Positions 7,214 through 16,882 of a stretch of 64,000 bases of DNA are shown piece by piece. Source of the DNA: an uncultured bacterium. Its GTDB lineage: Bacteria; Auribacterota; UBA3054; JAPLST01. The stretch's first letter is position 1. The number at the start of each line of letters is the position of its first letter. The stretch covers positions 10,182 to 74,181 of the forward strand of contig CAYNJC010000009.1 in assembly GCA_964397565.1 (NCBI GenBank), read 5' to 3'. The notes beneath the pieces were generated by a model, which was given only the letters and a program-made list of their open reading frames with translations, did no database searches and had not been told where the DNA came from. Position numbers and translations under genes: made by a program.

Positions 7214-9346
7214 ATGGCAAAATGCATTCTATTGATTTGTGTGACAGCGATCGTTATCACCGCTCAATATTCTGAAGGGGCGACCAAAGAGGCAAAGCCG
7301 ATGAGCCAGCTGCAACGACAGGGAAATCCGATCATAGACATGATTGCCGCAGGTATTCCTTTCGGTTTCGTGTACGATGGAAATGATGCGGAGACGCTCC
7401 TGCCTCAGTGGGCCAAGCGCCAGGAGACAAAGCGACTCGACAACGGACGATCCCTTACCACTGCGAGTTGGACAGACAAGAAGACCGGCCTAACTGTTAT
7501 CTGCGAGACAACCAGGTTTGAGGGGTTTCCCGCGGTTGAATGGCTCGTGCGGTTTCGCAATGACGGCGTGGCAACTACGCCGATCATTGAGAATGTCCAA
7601 GCCATGGATCTGTCGCTCGATACGCCGCTTGCGGACGGCCGTTTTGTCGTTCACCAGTTGAACGGAGCGCCTTCCGATCCGTCTGATTTCGAACCCAAGA
7701 CCGTAGCGCTTGCCCCTGGGACGAAGCATGTCATGGGCGGCGGCGGCGGGCGTTCCAGCAACAAGGATTTCCCTTTCTTCCGCGTGGACACCGGGACCGG
7801 CACACTAATCGTGGCCGTGGGCTGGTCCGGGCAGTGGAAGGCGACTCTGCAGTGCCGTCGCGGAGAGACGAAAGGAACGGAAGCCGTTGCGGTCGATCCA
7901 GCGCAGCCGGCAAACAAGGCCTCATCGAAGGAGACTGGCGGGTCACGCTCGATCCTGCATTTGACTGCCGGCCTGGAACTGACCCGTTTTCGTTTGAATC
8001 CCGGCGAAGGCGTTCGTGGGCCTCGCATGCTCGTGCTCTCCCACCAAGGCGACCCTGATCGGTCCTACGTCGTCTTCCGCCGCCTGATGCTCAAGCACTA
8101 CGTCGCCCGTGCGCACGGGGCCAAGTCGATCAGCCAACAGCCCATCGCGGCCGCAGGCGGCAAGGGTGCCGTCGAACCGCAACCCCTCTTGTTCTGCAAC
8201 ACGTGCTTCACGCGCAAGGGCGGATGGCTGAACGAGTGTAATGAGAGCAACCAGATTTCACTGATTCGAGCCCTCGCGCCGCTGGGAGTGCAGGCGGTCA
8301 TTACCGATGCCGGCTGGTTCAAAGGCGGTTGGCCCAACGGTGCCGGCAACTGGGAGTTCGACCCGCAAAAGTACCCCCGTGGCATTGGGCCGGTGGCGGC
8401 CGCCGCGAAGGAATGCGGCATGACCTACGGTCTGTGGTTCGAGCCGGAGCGGGTCGTGGTAGCCACACCGATCGACCGCGAACACGCTCCGTGGGTGCTC
8501 CGCTCCAAGGTGGCGCATGATCGACTGCTCAACTTCGGCGTGCCGGAAGCACGCCGGTTCTTCTTTGAAATTGTAGAACAGTATCTGAGACTCCCCGGGG
8601 TGGGAGTTTACCGCCAAGACTTCAACATCGACCCGCTGCCCTTCTGGCGTGAGAATGACGAACCTGACCGCCAAGGTGTCCATGAGATGAAGTACATTGA
8701 GGATCTCTATGCCTTCTGGGACATGATCCGCGCCGCCCACCCGGACATCCTGATGGAAGAATGCGCCAGCGGCGGGCGGCGCGTTGATCTGGAAACCGTC
8801 ATGCGGTTCCAGATCCACCAGAAGAGCGACTTCTGGTTCGACAACCTCGTGGATCAAGCCAGTCTCTACGCGCTTAGCCGATACTTGCCCAACGGCACTA
8901 TCTCCGTCCCGCTAGATCGACTCGACGACTACTCGTTCCACTCAGCTATGGCATCGTCCCTGATCACCGGTTGGATCGCCGACGACCCCCACTTCAACAC
9001 CGCCCGCGCCAGGCAGATCACCGACACCTATCGCTCTGTGCGTCACCTTCTGAACGCGGACTGGTACGGATTAACTCCATGGAGTCGCGACCTGGATCAC
9101 TGGCTTGTCTCGCAGTATCATCGTGACGACCTCGCTGAGGGAATGATCCTCGCCTTTCGCCGCGACAAGTGCGGACCCGCTGTGACCGTTCAACTCAAGG
9201 GCCTCACCCCCGAGAGCAAGTACGAAATCCGCTCAACCACTACGGGGCAGACGCGCCAGGCTACCGGAGCGGAGATGATGAATGGCCTGAAATTGGCGAT
9301 CCCGCAGGCGCCAGGTTCAGATTTGATCGTTTATCGGAAGCTATGA
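7214..9346 (+). CDS. Secreted GH36-like alpha-galactosidase
   Basis: Signal-peptide-like N-terminus. GMTYGLWFEPERV, YRQDFN and EECASGGRRVD motifs resemble GH36 catalytic regions. AGGAG lies 6 nt before the ATG at 7214. Confidence 0.65.
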   Translation: MAKCILLICVTAIVITAQYSEGATKEAKPMSQLQRQGNPIIDMIAAGIPFGFVYDGNDAETLLPQWAKRQETKRLDNGRSLTTASWTDKKTGLTVICETTRFEGFPAVEWLVRFRNDGVATTPIIENVQAMDLSLDTPLADGRFVVHQLNGAPSDPSDFEPKTVALAPGTKHVMGGGGGRSSNKDFPFFRVDTGTGTLIVAVGWSGQWKATLQCRRGETKGTEAVAVDPAQPANKASSKETGGSRSILHLTAGLELTRFRLNPGEGVRGPRMLVLSHQGDPDRSYVVFRRLMLKHYVARAHGAKSISQQPIAAAGGKGAVEPQPLLFCNTCFTRKGGWLNECNESNQISLIRALAPLGVQAVITDAGWFKGGWPNGAGNWEFDPQKYPRGIGPVAAAAKECGMTYGLWFEPERVVVATPIDREHAPWVLRSKVAHDRLLNFGVPEARRFFFEIVEQYLRLPGVGVYRQDFNIDPLPFWRENDEPDRQGVHEMKYIEDLYAFWDMIRAAHPDILMEECASGGRRVDLETVMRFQIHQKSDFWFDNLVDQASLYALSRYLPNGTISVPLDRLDDYSFHSAMASSLITGWIADDPHFNTARARQITDTYRSVRHLLNADWYGLTPWSRDLDHWLVSQYHRDDLAEGMILAFRRDKCGPAVTVQLKGLTPESKYEIRSTTTGQTRQATGAEMMNGLKLAIPQAPGSDLIVYRKL

Positions 9347-9443
9347 GCAAAATGAAAAGGCCGTCGCACACGGTGCCGCACTTCACCGTCGCTCCGCGCC
9401 GGAACGTGAGCAGCCCCGTTCACCAAGAGAACATGTTTCAAGA

Positions 9444-9680
9444 ATGACGATGGAGCTTGAGCGCAATCTGGGAGAGCAACCCATCGCACGCGTCATGGCG
9501 GACAATGCGCTTGCGCCTCGCGATCTCGTTGCCATCTCAACGCAGCACCTCACGTTCAAAATGGTGTCTCGTGCGTGCAAGGGCCGAAGGTTAACCCCGA
9601 ACATCAAATCCAAGATTCGCGAGGCAGTGAACACGGCAACGGCTAAGACGTACGCCATGGAAGACCTGTTCACCTACTAG
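9444..9680 (+). CDS. Small hypothetical protein
   Basis: 78-aa ORF with coding-like composition and no recognisable motif. Confidence 0.4.
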   Translation: MTMELERNLGEQPIARVMADNALAPRDLVAISTQHLTFKMVSRACKGRRLTPNIKSKIREAVNTATAKTYAMEDLFTY

Positions 9681-9834
9681 TACAATTTTCGGCCATGGTT
9701 TTTCGCCTCTGCGCGTGACATACTCGGTATGCGGTGGCAGCGCAGCATGCCTGGCGCACGGCAGCCGGTGATCGGTAACCACCGGTATTCGGTGGTTAGT
9801 GGTAGCGGCAGTCAAGTATTCGGCAATGCGGTTT

Positions 9835-9859
9835 GCAAACGACAAAACATGTCGTTTGC
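9835..9859. repeat. Dispersed palindrome, copy 2 (perfect)
   Basis: gcaaacgaca aaaca tgtcgtttgc; perfect 10-nt arms; lies between convergent genes. Confidence 0.9.
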
Positions 9860-9942
9860 GGCACTGCAATAATTAGATATTCCGTGCGCAGCGCTTCTTC
9901 GTTACTTTCTTTTGCCGCAGCATACCTTGCCATCTTTGCCGG

Positions 9943-11964
9943 TCAGGGCCGCGCGGCGGGTTGCGCTGCATTGATCACGGGCAGCTCCCTGCGGGCGGCC
10001 CACTCAGCCCAGCCGCCGTCATACCAGCGCACATTGGGATACCCCAGCAACTGCTTCAACACGAAGAACGTCTGGCTGGCCTGATGTCCCGTGCGGCAGT
10101 GGACAATGACTTCCGTATTCTTCGCGGGGATGATCTGCCGGTAGGCCGCCGCTAGAACAGCGCGGGGCTGGAATGTGACGATCTGATTGGCATTGGTGAC
10201 CACATCCTCCGTGAACGGGCGATTAATCGCGCCGGGGATATGGCCGGCCCGCGCTTCATCCGATTTCTTGCCGACGTAGAACTCGGCCGGGCGGACATCC
10301 AGGATCACGGTTCCAGGCTTGCCGATCCTGTCTGCCACGGCGCGATAGTCCACGGTGAAGACATCGGCATCCTGCCGCGGCGGGTATTGCGACGGCGTCA
10401 CCACCGGCAGCGCGGCGTCCACTGGTCGGCCTTCCTGCGCCCATGTGGCGTAGCCGCCATTCAGCACGGCATAGTTCACATGGCCCAGCCGCTCGCACGC
10501 CATGCCGGCCATTGTGGCATCCTGCAGCTTTTCGCCGGAGACAAGCACGACCGCATCGGCTGGTTGCACTCCCAGGAGCGAGAACTGGGCGGCAAGCAAC
10601 GCCGGCGGCAGAAGCTCGGCCGGGACGCCGCTGACATTGCCGCGCAGGCTCTCCATATTGAGGTTGAGGGATCCCGGAATGTGCGCAGTACTGTAGTCCG
10701 GCTGGGGCCGCACATCGATGATTTTGAGTTCCGGCGCACCCAGCCGGCCAGCCAGCCAATCTGTCCCGACCGTCTTCGGCATTGCTGCCGCTATATCCTT
10801 GGCAAGCGCGCCACGCGGTGTGCCGGTCGCGGCAGGCGTGGCAAAAAAAGCGCGCCACGCGTTAACACGGGCGGCGGCGGCCGGGCTGAGCGGTTCAGGC
10901 CGCAGCGAGACCGGCTTGAGGCAGCGATCGCGAAAGCCTTGCAAGCCGTCGGTCAAGAGATAGACATTGCCAAACCCTTGCCGCTGCAGTGAGTCGCGGG
11001 CCTGGGCCGGGTGCGTCATGCCGTTTGAGTAGAGGACGATGAGGCCTTTGTTCTTATGCGTTTGCAGGACCTCGGTCAGTTGCGCCAGCGCCACGTTGAT
11101 CGCCCCGCGGATATGGAACGCATTGAACTCCGCGGCCGGGCGCACATCCACGATCACAAGGTCCGGCGCGCCGGCCATGATGCGATCTGCCAACTCCTCG
11201 GGCTCGAGGTGGTCCTGCGCGTTGTCGACGTACGCCATGAGTGCTTGTTCGTCAAAGGATGTGGCCGCGCTTGACCGTGAGGCACCGGTGGCGGCGGGGC
11301 CGAGGACAATCAATCCGGCCGCCAGGACGACCAGCGCCAGGCTGAACGCTTTGAGGAACGGCGAGCCCAAGTAGGGCGCACGGCCCGTGCGCGTTTTCTC
11401 GGCCCATTCCGCCAGCCAGAAAGCGCCGACGGCCATGAGCGTAAAAGCGAAGATGAAACTGTTGCGCGACATGCCCAGTGTAGTATAGGCCATCTGCGGG
11501 CCGCGGTCCCCTGCCGTATAGAGTGCGCGGATCACGGGAAAGAGCTCGTTGAACAGGATGCTGCCGCCGATGGCGCCGAGCAGGAACACGAGCGCGTCGA
11601 TCCGGCCCGCGGCAAGACCGGCTGCCGCGGTGCCAGGACACCAGGCACTCATGACGAAACCCACGCCAAACAGCAGCCCGCCCACGATCTGCGCGCCGTA
11701 GATGGTCGGCATGAGGAACACCTGATCCAGGTGGATCCATCCGAACGCGAGCAGGTAGGAGAGTCCCAGCATCGCCGTGATGAGCGCGGTGAACATCACC
11801 TTCACCACCGCCATGTCGGTAAAGTAGAAGACGCCGGCCAAGCGGCGCGAACTGCTGAAGCCGGCCCGTTCCAGCGCAAAGCCGAAGCCACAGCCGATCA
11901 GCAGCGCCAGAAAAAACGCGTGCGGAGTGCCCAGGGCATTGAGTCCATATAAGGTGTTAATCAT
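9943..11964 (-). CDS. YeeE/YedE-type sulfur-transport membrane domain fused to three rhodanese domains
   Basis: Start taken at MINTLYGL (ATG 11964), which overlaps the upstream gene's stop by 8 nt. N-terminal TM region with a SAWCPGT motif. Three rhodanese-like modules; the last has the active-site loop HCRTGHQAS. Confidence 0.8.
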   Translation of the reverse strand: MINTLYGLNALGTPHAFFLALLIGCGFGFALERAGFSSSRRLAGVFYFTDMAVVKVMFTALITAMLGLSYLLAFGWIHLDQVFLMPTIYGAQIVGGLLFGVGFVMSAWCPGTAAAGLAAGRIDALVFLLGAIGGSILFNELFPVIRALYTAGDRGPQMAYTTLGMSRNSFIFAFTLMAVGAFWLAEWAEKTRTGRAPYLGSPFLKAFSLALVVLAAGLIVLGPAATGASRSSAATSFDEQALMAYVDNAQDHLEPEELADRIMAGAPDLVIVDVRPAAEFNAFHIRGAINVALAQLTEVLQTHKNKGLIVLYSNGMTHPAQARDSLQRQGFGNVYLLTDGLQGFRDRCLKPVSLRPEPLSPAAAARVNAWRAFFATPAATGTPRGALAKDIAAAMPKTVGTDWLAGRLGAPELKIIDVRPQPDYSTAHIPGSLNLNMESLRGNVSGVPAELLPPALLAAQFSLLGVQPADAVVLVSGEKLQDATMAGMACERLGHVNYAVLNGGYATWAQEGRPVDAALPVVTPSQYPPRQDADVFTVDYRAVADRIGKPGTVILDVRPAEFYVGKKSDEARAGHIPGAINRPFTEDVVTNANQIVTFQPRAVLAAAYRQIIPAKNTEVIVHCRTGHQASQTFFVLKQLLGYPNVRWYDGGWAEWAARRELPVINAAQPAARP

Positions 11965-12478
11965 GCCATTGCCTCCGTACAAACCGGGCGGTGGCATAGC
12001 CACTGGCAAAAACGCAGAGCATGAACACCAAGCTGCCGGTGAGCAGCAGGGCGCCACCGCTGAGTGCCTGGCCGGAGGTGCAGCCCTGCGCCAAGCGGCT
12101 GGCGAATCCGACGATCAATCCGCCGACCAGGGCATAGCCAAGGCGACGGCGCACGGACGCGGCAGCGCCGCGTTCCACCTGGATGCGCACGCGATGGGCC
12201 AGGAGCGCCGAGAACAGCGCCCCGACAAACGTACCGGCGAACATGAAGACAAGGTAGTAGTTGAGCGGCGTGGCACCCCAGTTCCCAAAATAGTCGCTTG
12301 CCCGCGTGTGCGGCGCCGACACGCACATGGAGACTGCCGCGCCGATGCGCGCGATGCCGCTGGACGCGCCCAAACCGGCGCCGAGGATGACATAGGAGGC
12401 CAAGAGGACAAGCCCGAGCAGTATCCCCGCCAGATACGGATTGGCATAGGGCTTGGCCGTATGCGTGTCAATTTTCAT
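11957..12478 (-). CDS. YeeE/YedE family membrane protein (half-transporter)
   Basis: 173 aa, about 4-5 TM helices, LAQGCTSGQALSG motif typical of the Sulf_transp family. Confidence 0.75.
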   Translation of the reverse strand: MKIDTHTAKPYANPYLAGILLGLVLLASYVILGAGLGASSGIARIGAAVSMCVSAPHTRASDYFGNWGATPLNYYLVFMFAGTFVGALFSALLAHRVRIQVERGAAASVRRRLGYALVGGLIVGFASRLAQGCTSGQALSGGALLLTGSLVFMLCVFASGYATARFVRRQWHD

Positions 12479-12481
12479 CGT

Positions 12482-14515
12482 TCAGCATCCTGCGCTTTTC
12501 TTTACGGGTGGTGCCGGTGTGGTCGGCGCCGGTGTGGCCGGGATCGGCGCGGGCGCCGACGGTCGCACGGCTGGCGTGGCGGCCGGCGCCCGCGCCGCCG
12601 GGAGCAAAGGCATTCCGGACTCGTCCCAATAGGCTGCCAGCCCGCCCATCAGGACTTTGATTGGCCGCGCCGTTTTCTGCGCGAGGATGCCGCCCACCGC
12701 CATCGCCAATGAGCCGTCGCGGTCAACAATCACGAGCGGAACCACGCTGTCAGAATACGCCGGATTGGCGATCACAGCCGCGATATCCACGTTGAGCGAA
12801 CCGGGCAGACTGAAGTCCGCATATTGCGCCGGCGGACGCACGTCCACGATCTCGAAGGTGCCGGGCAGATCCATCAGCATGCGTTTGAGATCCGCGGCGG
12901 CGATGCGATCGGGAAGCCTAATGGCCTGGGCCGGCGCGGCGGCCGCAGCATGTTCGGCGCCCGCGGCGCTCAGGATCGGCAAACCTGCGGCAAGCCAGGC
13001 TTCGCTGCCGCCTTCCATGTTACGCACATCCTTGAAGCCCATCTTGAGGAGCACTGATCCGCCCATGCTTGACCGATAGGCTGAGTTACACACTGTCAGA
13101 ACCGGCATGGCGCCGGCCAGGCGCTTGCCGTCGTTGAATAATTTATTGACCGGGATGTTGAGCACCGTGCCGATCCGCAGGGCCATCCATTCGGTAGGGA
13201 GGCGCACGTCCACGATGACGGGGGCCGTCCCGGCCTGCATCTGCTGATACAGAGCCTGGGGCTTGACGAGTTTCAGCGAGCCGAGGGGCAGCTTGGCCTG
13301 CTGCCACGCGTCCAGACCGCCCTGCAGGGCGCCCGCGGGCGTGTCATACCCGATGCGTTTCAAGCGGAAGGCCGCCTCGCGGACTTCGTCATCCGAACCG
13401 ACGAGAATGAACGGCGCACCCCAGGGAATCATGATGCCGGTCCACGTCTCGAAACGGCCGCGAATGCCAATGTTGATGGCGCCCTGCGGGTGCGCGGCGG
13501 CAAACGGCGCGGCGGCGCGCGTGTCAATGAGCCACGCCCCCTTCTGCGCCAGGGCGGCAACCTTGGCGGCGAGCAGCGCGGGCGGCGTCATGGTCTCCCA
13601 GTCCACGAGCGGCGGGCCGTCATGGTTCATTTTCGCATTGTGCTTGAAGTACTGCGGTGCGTCGGGCAGACCGTCAATGACGGCCATAACGTAGGAGGCC
13701 AGATCCTTGTGTTGCAGATAGGTGTTCTCGCGCCGCTGTTCGCCGATCGTGGAGACCGGCTTGTCGCTCAAATGCGCGCCGCAGAGCGAACCGGCGCCAT
13801 GCGCCGGGAAGATGCGCGTGTCGTCCGGCAGCGGGGACAGTTTGTCCTTCCACGTGGAATACCCCAGTTCGGCCAGGGCGGCCGCGCTCATGCCTTCGCC
13901 CATCAGGTCGGGCCGGCCGACACTGCCAATGAACAGTGTATCGCCGGTAAAGGCCCACGCCGGCTTTTCCGCCGCAGCGGGCGTATAGACCAGCATGCAG
14001 GTGCCGTCGGGCGTGTGACCGGGCGTCTTGATGACCACGCCACGCAGCGTGCCGAGCCGGACCGTGGCGTTGTCGGCCAGCGCGGTATGCGGATAACCGG
14101 CTTGCGTGTCCTCGTTGATCAGGATCTCGGCGCCAGTGGCCTTGGCCAGTTCCGCATGTCCAGCCACGAAGTCGGCGTGTGAATGGGTCAGGTAGACTTT
14201 CGTGATCTTGAGCCCCAGCTCCTGCGCGTCTTTTAGGTAGCGGCTGATGTCCCGGGCAGGGTCCACGATCATCGCCTCGCCACCACTGCCAAGCAGGTAC
14301 GAGTAGTGCGAGAGCACGGCCAGGTTATACTGCCGGAACACGAAGTCGGCGGTCTTCTGCTCTGTCTCCTTGACCAGTTGCACACTCGCCGCTTCGTCGC
14401 CGTGCGTGGCCGCTTCTGCGTCGCCAGCACGCGGTGATGCAGCCAACGTCCGCGTCACCAACACCCCCATGACAAGGGTTGTCAGGCCCATCCATTTCCC
14501 ATAGTTGCCCGTCAT
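12482..14515 (-). CDS. Secreted MBL-fold persulfide-dioxygenase-like protein fused to rhodanese domains
   Basis: Signal peptide. THSHADFVAGH metallo-beta-lactamase motif. Rhodanese modules (active loop CNSAYRS). Pro/Ala-rich C-terminal tail ending in Cys. Confidence 0.75.
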   Translation of the reverse strand: MTGNYGKWMGLTTLVMGVLVTRTLAASPRAGDAEAATHGDEAASVQLVKETEQKTADFVFRQYNLAVLSHYSYLLGSGGEAMIVDPARDISRYLKDAQELGLKITKVYLTHSHADFVAGHAELAKATGAEILINEDTQAGYPHTALADNATVRLGTLRGVVIKTPGHTPDGTCMLVYTPAAAEKPAWAFTGDTLFIGSVGRPDLMGEGMSAAALAELGYSTWKDKLSPLPDDTRIFPAHGAGSLCGAHLSDKPVSTIGEQRRENTYLQHKDLASYVMAVIDGLPDAPQYFKHNAKMNHDGPPLVDWETMTPPALLAAKVAALAQKGAWLIDTRAAAPFAAAHPQGAINIGIRGRFETWTGIMIPWGAPFILVGSDDEVREAAFRLKRIGYDTPAGALQGGLDAWQQAKLPLGSLKLVKPQALYQQMQAGTAPVIVDVRLPTEWMALRIGTVLNIPVNKLFNDGKRLAGAMPVLTVCNSAYRSSMGGSVLLKMGFKDVRNMEGGSEAWLAAGLPILSAAGAEHAAAAAPAQAIRLPDRIAAADLKRMLMDLPGTFEIVDVRPPAQYADFSLPGSLNVDIAAVIANPAYSDSVVPLVIVDRDGSLAMAVGGILAQKTARPIKVLMGGLAAYWDESGMPLLPAARAPAATPAVRPSAPAPIPATPAPTTPAPPVKKSAGC

Positions 14516-14545
14516 ACTATTTCGTCCTTTTTTGTTGATTGCACC

Positions 14546-16645
14546 CTACCACTCGCTGAGCGGCTTGTCCTGCACTTCCCAGCCGCCGGCGCGCTTGATC
14601 AGACTCTGGCCGATTTTGTGGTTAGGCGCCTTGCTCTCGGCTGGCCAGTTTTTCCAGTGTTCTATGCTTTGGCCATAGACGATTTGGTCGGCGCAATTGC
14701 CCTGCGGATCCACCAGAATCAGTTCATCGCCGCGATTGCCGAAATTCAGGCGGCCGGCCAGGGGCCCATACTCAAACAGCCGTAGATACGGATTCTGCGC
14801 GTAGGCAAGCCGGCGAAAGCGTGAAATCATTTGGCAAAACACCAGTACTTCCTGGGGCGCCAGTATCAGGTCCTTGGTGATCCGGAACGCGCCGCCTTCA
14901 TCACAATCGGTGATGACATAGCCCTTCAAATTCGCCGGCTCGGTGCCGTAATTTTTCACCACAAACCATTCACTGGCCTGTTCCTCCCAGCGATTGCCGG
15001 GATGCATGTAGGCAAACTCGGCAAAGCGCAGCGCGCCGGGCCGCAACGGCGTGGTCGGCGTGATCACGGCCAGCACCGGCGCGGGCACGGAGCGTTTCAG
15101 AATCGTGCGCACCACCACGGGCGTATAGACGCCTTGTGCGCGCAGAAATTGGGCGACGGCCTCGCGGGTCGTGATCTGTGTATCCTCGGCGCGCACCGCT
15201 GTTTGTTCCAGCAGCGTGCGCAAGGGCAGGTAGCGCTGGCCGCCGCTGGCCGCCATGAAACTATTGAAGGCGACCCGATAGCGGTTGGTCTCGTCCAGCG
15301 GTTTGCCGCGGGCGTCATGCAGCGCAAGAATCCGCTCACCCGTCGGCCCTTCAACATCCGCCTTGACCGTCAGGCCGTAGGGAAAGGCAAAATTCGGCGA
15401 GGCCCACCAATCCAGCAGTGCATCCAGTGTCGTGGCAATCTGGCGGGGCGTCAACGCACCCACCGCAATCCGGTTTTCATAGGGCACCAGCTGAAACAAG
15501 TCGGCCATCGTCATCATGCGATTGCTAATCACACACGTGCTCTCAAAGGCGCCGTGGAAGACGATATCCGCATTGACGGCGCGGGCGATCGCCGCGCACA
15601 TCAACGTTTGCTCCGGCGATTCGGCGCCGGCGTTCGGCGCGCCGCCGAGTTTGCCGACGATGCGACAGAGTTGCTGCGTGGCAACAGCGGCCGCCTGCGC
15701 GCGGGCAGTGCGCGTGGTGGCGCGCACCAGGCGCGACGGGCGCACGTGCGGCCCAATCGGCACCAGCAGCGCCCGAGCCTGCAGCAATGCCCGCGTCTCG
15801 CGGTCAAAGCTCAAGCGGATTTCTCCCAGGGTCGTGCCATAATAGGCCGCTTCGGTGAGCAGCGTGCGTCCCACCAGCACTGATGGCACCGCTTGATGCG
15901 TATGCCCGCCGATCACCACGTCAATATCGGGGAACATCCGCAGAACTTCCTGCAACGGTTCTTCGATCATGCTGGCGCCGTCCTGCGAGCCCATGTGCGC
16001 CATGAGCACGATCGCGTCGGGCTTGGCGGCGCGCACTTGCGGCATGACGCGCAACAAGGCCGTCAGCGGCGACTCGATCACCGTGTCCTGCAGCAGCACG
16101 TTGCGCGACCAGAACGGGATTTTCGGATGGGTCACGCCGACAAAGGCGATGCGCATGCCGCCCAGTTCGCGAATGATAAACGGCTGCACGCGCGCAAACG
16201 GCGATGCGGCAGCGCCGCTCCAGTGCAAATTCGCGCTTAGAATCGCATTGCTGAAGCGCGCAATGTTTTCGCCCAGCAGCGCGACACCCCAATCGAATTC
16301 GTGATTGCCGATGTTCCACGCGGCGCAATCGAGCGCGTTCAGGCAATCAATCATGGCATGCCCGCGCGCCTGGTAGTTCATCAGCGTGCCCTGCAGCGAA
16401 TCGCCATTGTCGACATAGATGGAGTGCGTGGCGTTGCTGCGGCGTTCCTGCAACACGGTCGCCAGTTGCTCCATGCCGCCGACGCCGGTGTTACCCTCAT
16501 AATCCGTGATGGGCGCGAAGTTGCCATGCAGATCGGTCGTGTGGAATATCGTTACTTCGACCACTTCGGCCCGCAGGCAGGCCGCCAAGGCCAAACAGAT
16601 CACTGCCGCGCAGACCGCGCCGCGCCGTAGCATGCTTCGGTTCAT
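14546..16645 (-). CDS. Secreted 5'-nucleotidase/metallophosphoesterase with C-terminal lamin-tail-like domain
   Basis: HTTDLHG, GDSLQG and GNHEFD metallophosphatase motifs. C-terminal ~130 aa (WFVVKNYGTEPANLKGYVITD...) resembles an LTD. Confidence 0.8.
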   Translation of the reverse strand: MNRSMLRRGAVCAAVICLALAACLRAEVVEVTIFHTTDLHGNFAPITDYEGNTGVGGMEQLATVLQERRSNATHSIYVDNGDSLQGTLMNYQARGHAMIDCLNALDCAAWNIGNHEFDWGVALLGENIARFSNAILSANLHWSGAAASPFARVQPFIIRELGGMRIAFVGVTHPKIPFWSRNVLLQDTVIESPLTALLRVMPQVRAAKPDAIVLMAHMGSQDGASMIEEPLQEVLRMFPDIDVVIGGHTHQAVPSVLVGRTLLTEAAYYGTTLGEIRLSFDRETRALLQARALLVPIGPHVRPSRLVRATTRTARAQAAAVATQQLCRIVGKLGGAPNAGAESPEQTLMCAAIARAVNADIVFHGAFESTCVISNRMMTMADLFQLVPYENRIAVGALTPRQIATTLDALLDWWASPNFAFPYGLTVKADVEGPTGERILALHDARGKPLDETNRYRVAFNSFMAASGGQRYLPLRTLLEQTAVRAEDTQITTREAVAQFLRAQGVYTPVVVRTILKRSVPAPVLAVITPTTPLRPGALRFAEFAYMHPGNRWEEQASEWFVVKNYGTEPANLKGYVITDCDEGGAFRITKDLILAPQEVLVFCQMISRFRRLAYAQNPYLRLFEYGPLAGRLNFGNRGDELILVDPQGNCADQIVYGQSIEHWKNWPAESKAPNHKIGQSLIKRAGGWEVQDKPLSEW

Positions 16646-16805
16646 AGCACCATCCTGATCCTCGGGTTTACTGCATGTGTTCGCTATCGTATGCTACGCG
16701 AAAGCAGGGCCGGTTGTCAAGCGGCATGCGCCGTCCAATACGGTACAGACACGCAGGAGACGCACGCGGGCATGCTTGATCGACAAGACCGGCACGGAGG
16801 TCTTC

Positions 16806-16860
16806 GCCGCGGGCGTCAACTGCGGCAGCTCTGCCGCCCTCACCGCGGACGGCTACAAGG
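16806..16860 (-). repeat. REP-like double-hairpin repeat, inverted copy
   Basis: The reverse complement ccttgtagccgtccgcggtgagggcggcagagctgccgcagttgacgcccgcggc matches 25808-25861. Confidence 0.8.
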
Positions 16861-16882
16861 CAGTCGTGGCAAATCAAGTGCA

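Noticed and set aside
1-9700. Looked for integrase, transposase, phage genes or a flanking tRNA to define the AT-rich region as a classical genomic island or prophage.
   Set aside because: None is visible in the window. The island call rests only on composition, gene content and the long gaps. GC becomes intermediate from the GH36 gene onward, so the right-hand boundary is not sharp.
10240-10992. Long ORFs on the opposite strand of, or out of frame with, well-supported genes. Examples: 10240-10992, 13490-14182, 14831-15883, 17924-18739, 21122-21973, 24998-25780, 28354-29067, 30051-30794, 34085-35044, 37301-38077, 39629-40402, 44278-45702, 47706-48830, 55017-56039, 55792-56886, 57139-58743, 60057-60923, 61901-62758 and 62910-63569.
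   Set aside because: Their translations are Arg/Ala/Gly/His/Pro-rich and low in complexity, with no motifs. Each fully overlaps a gene with a clear family signature. These are typical shadow ORFs of high-GC DNA.
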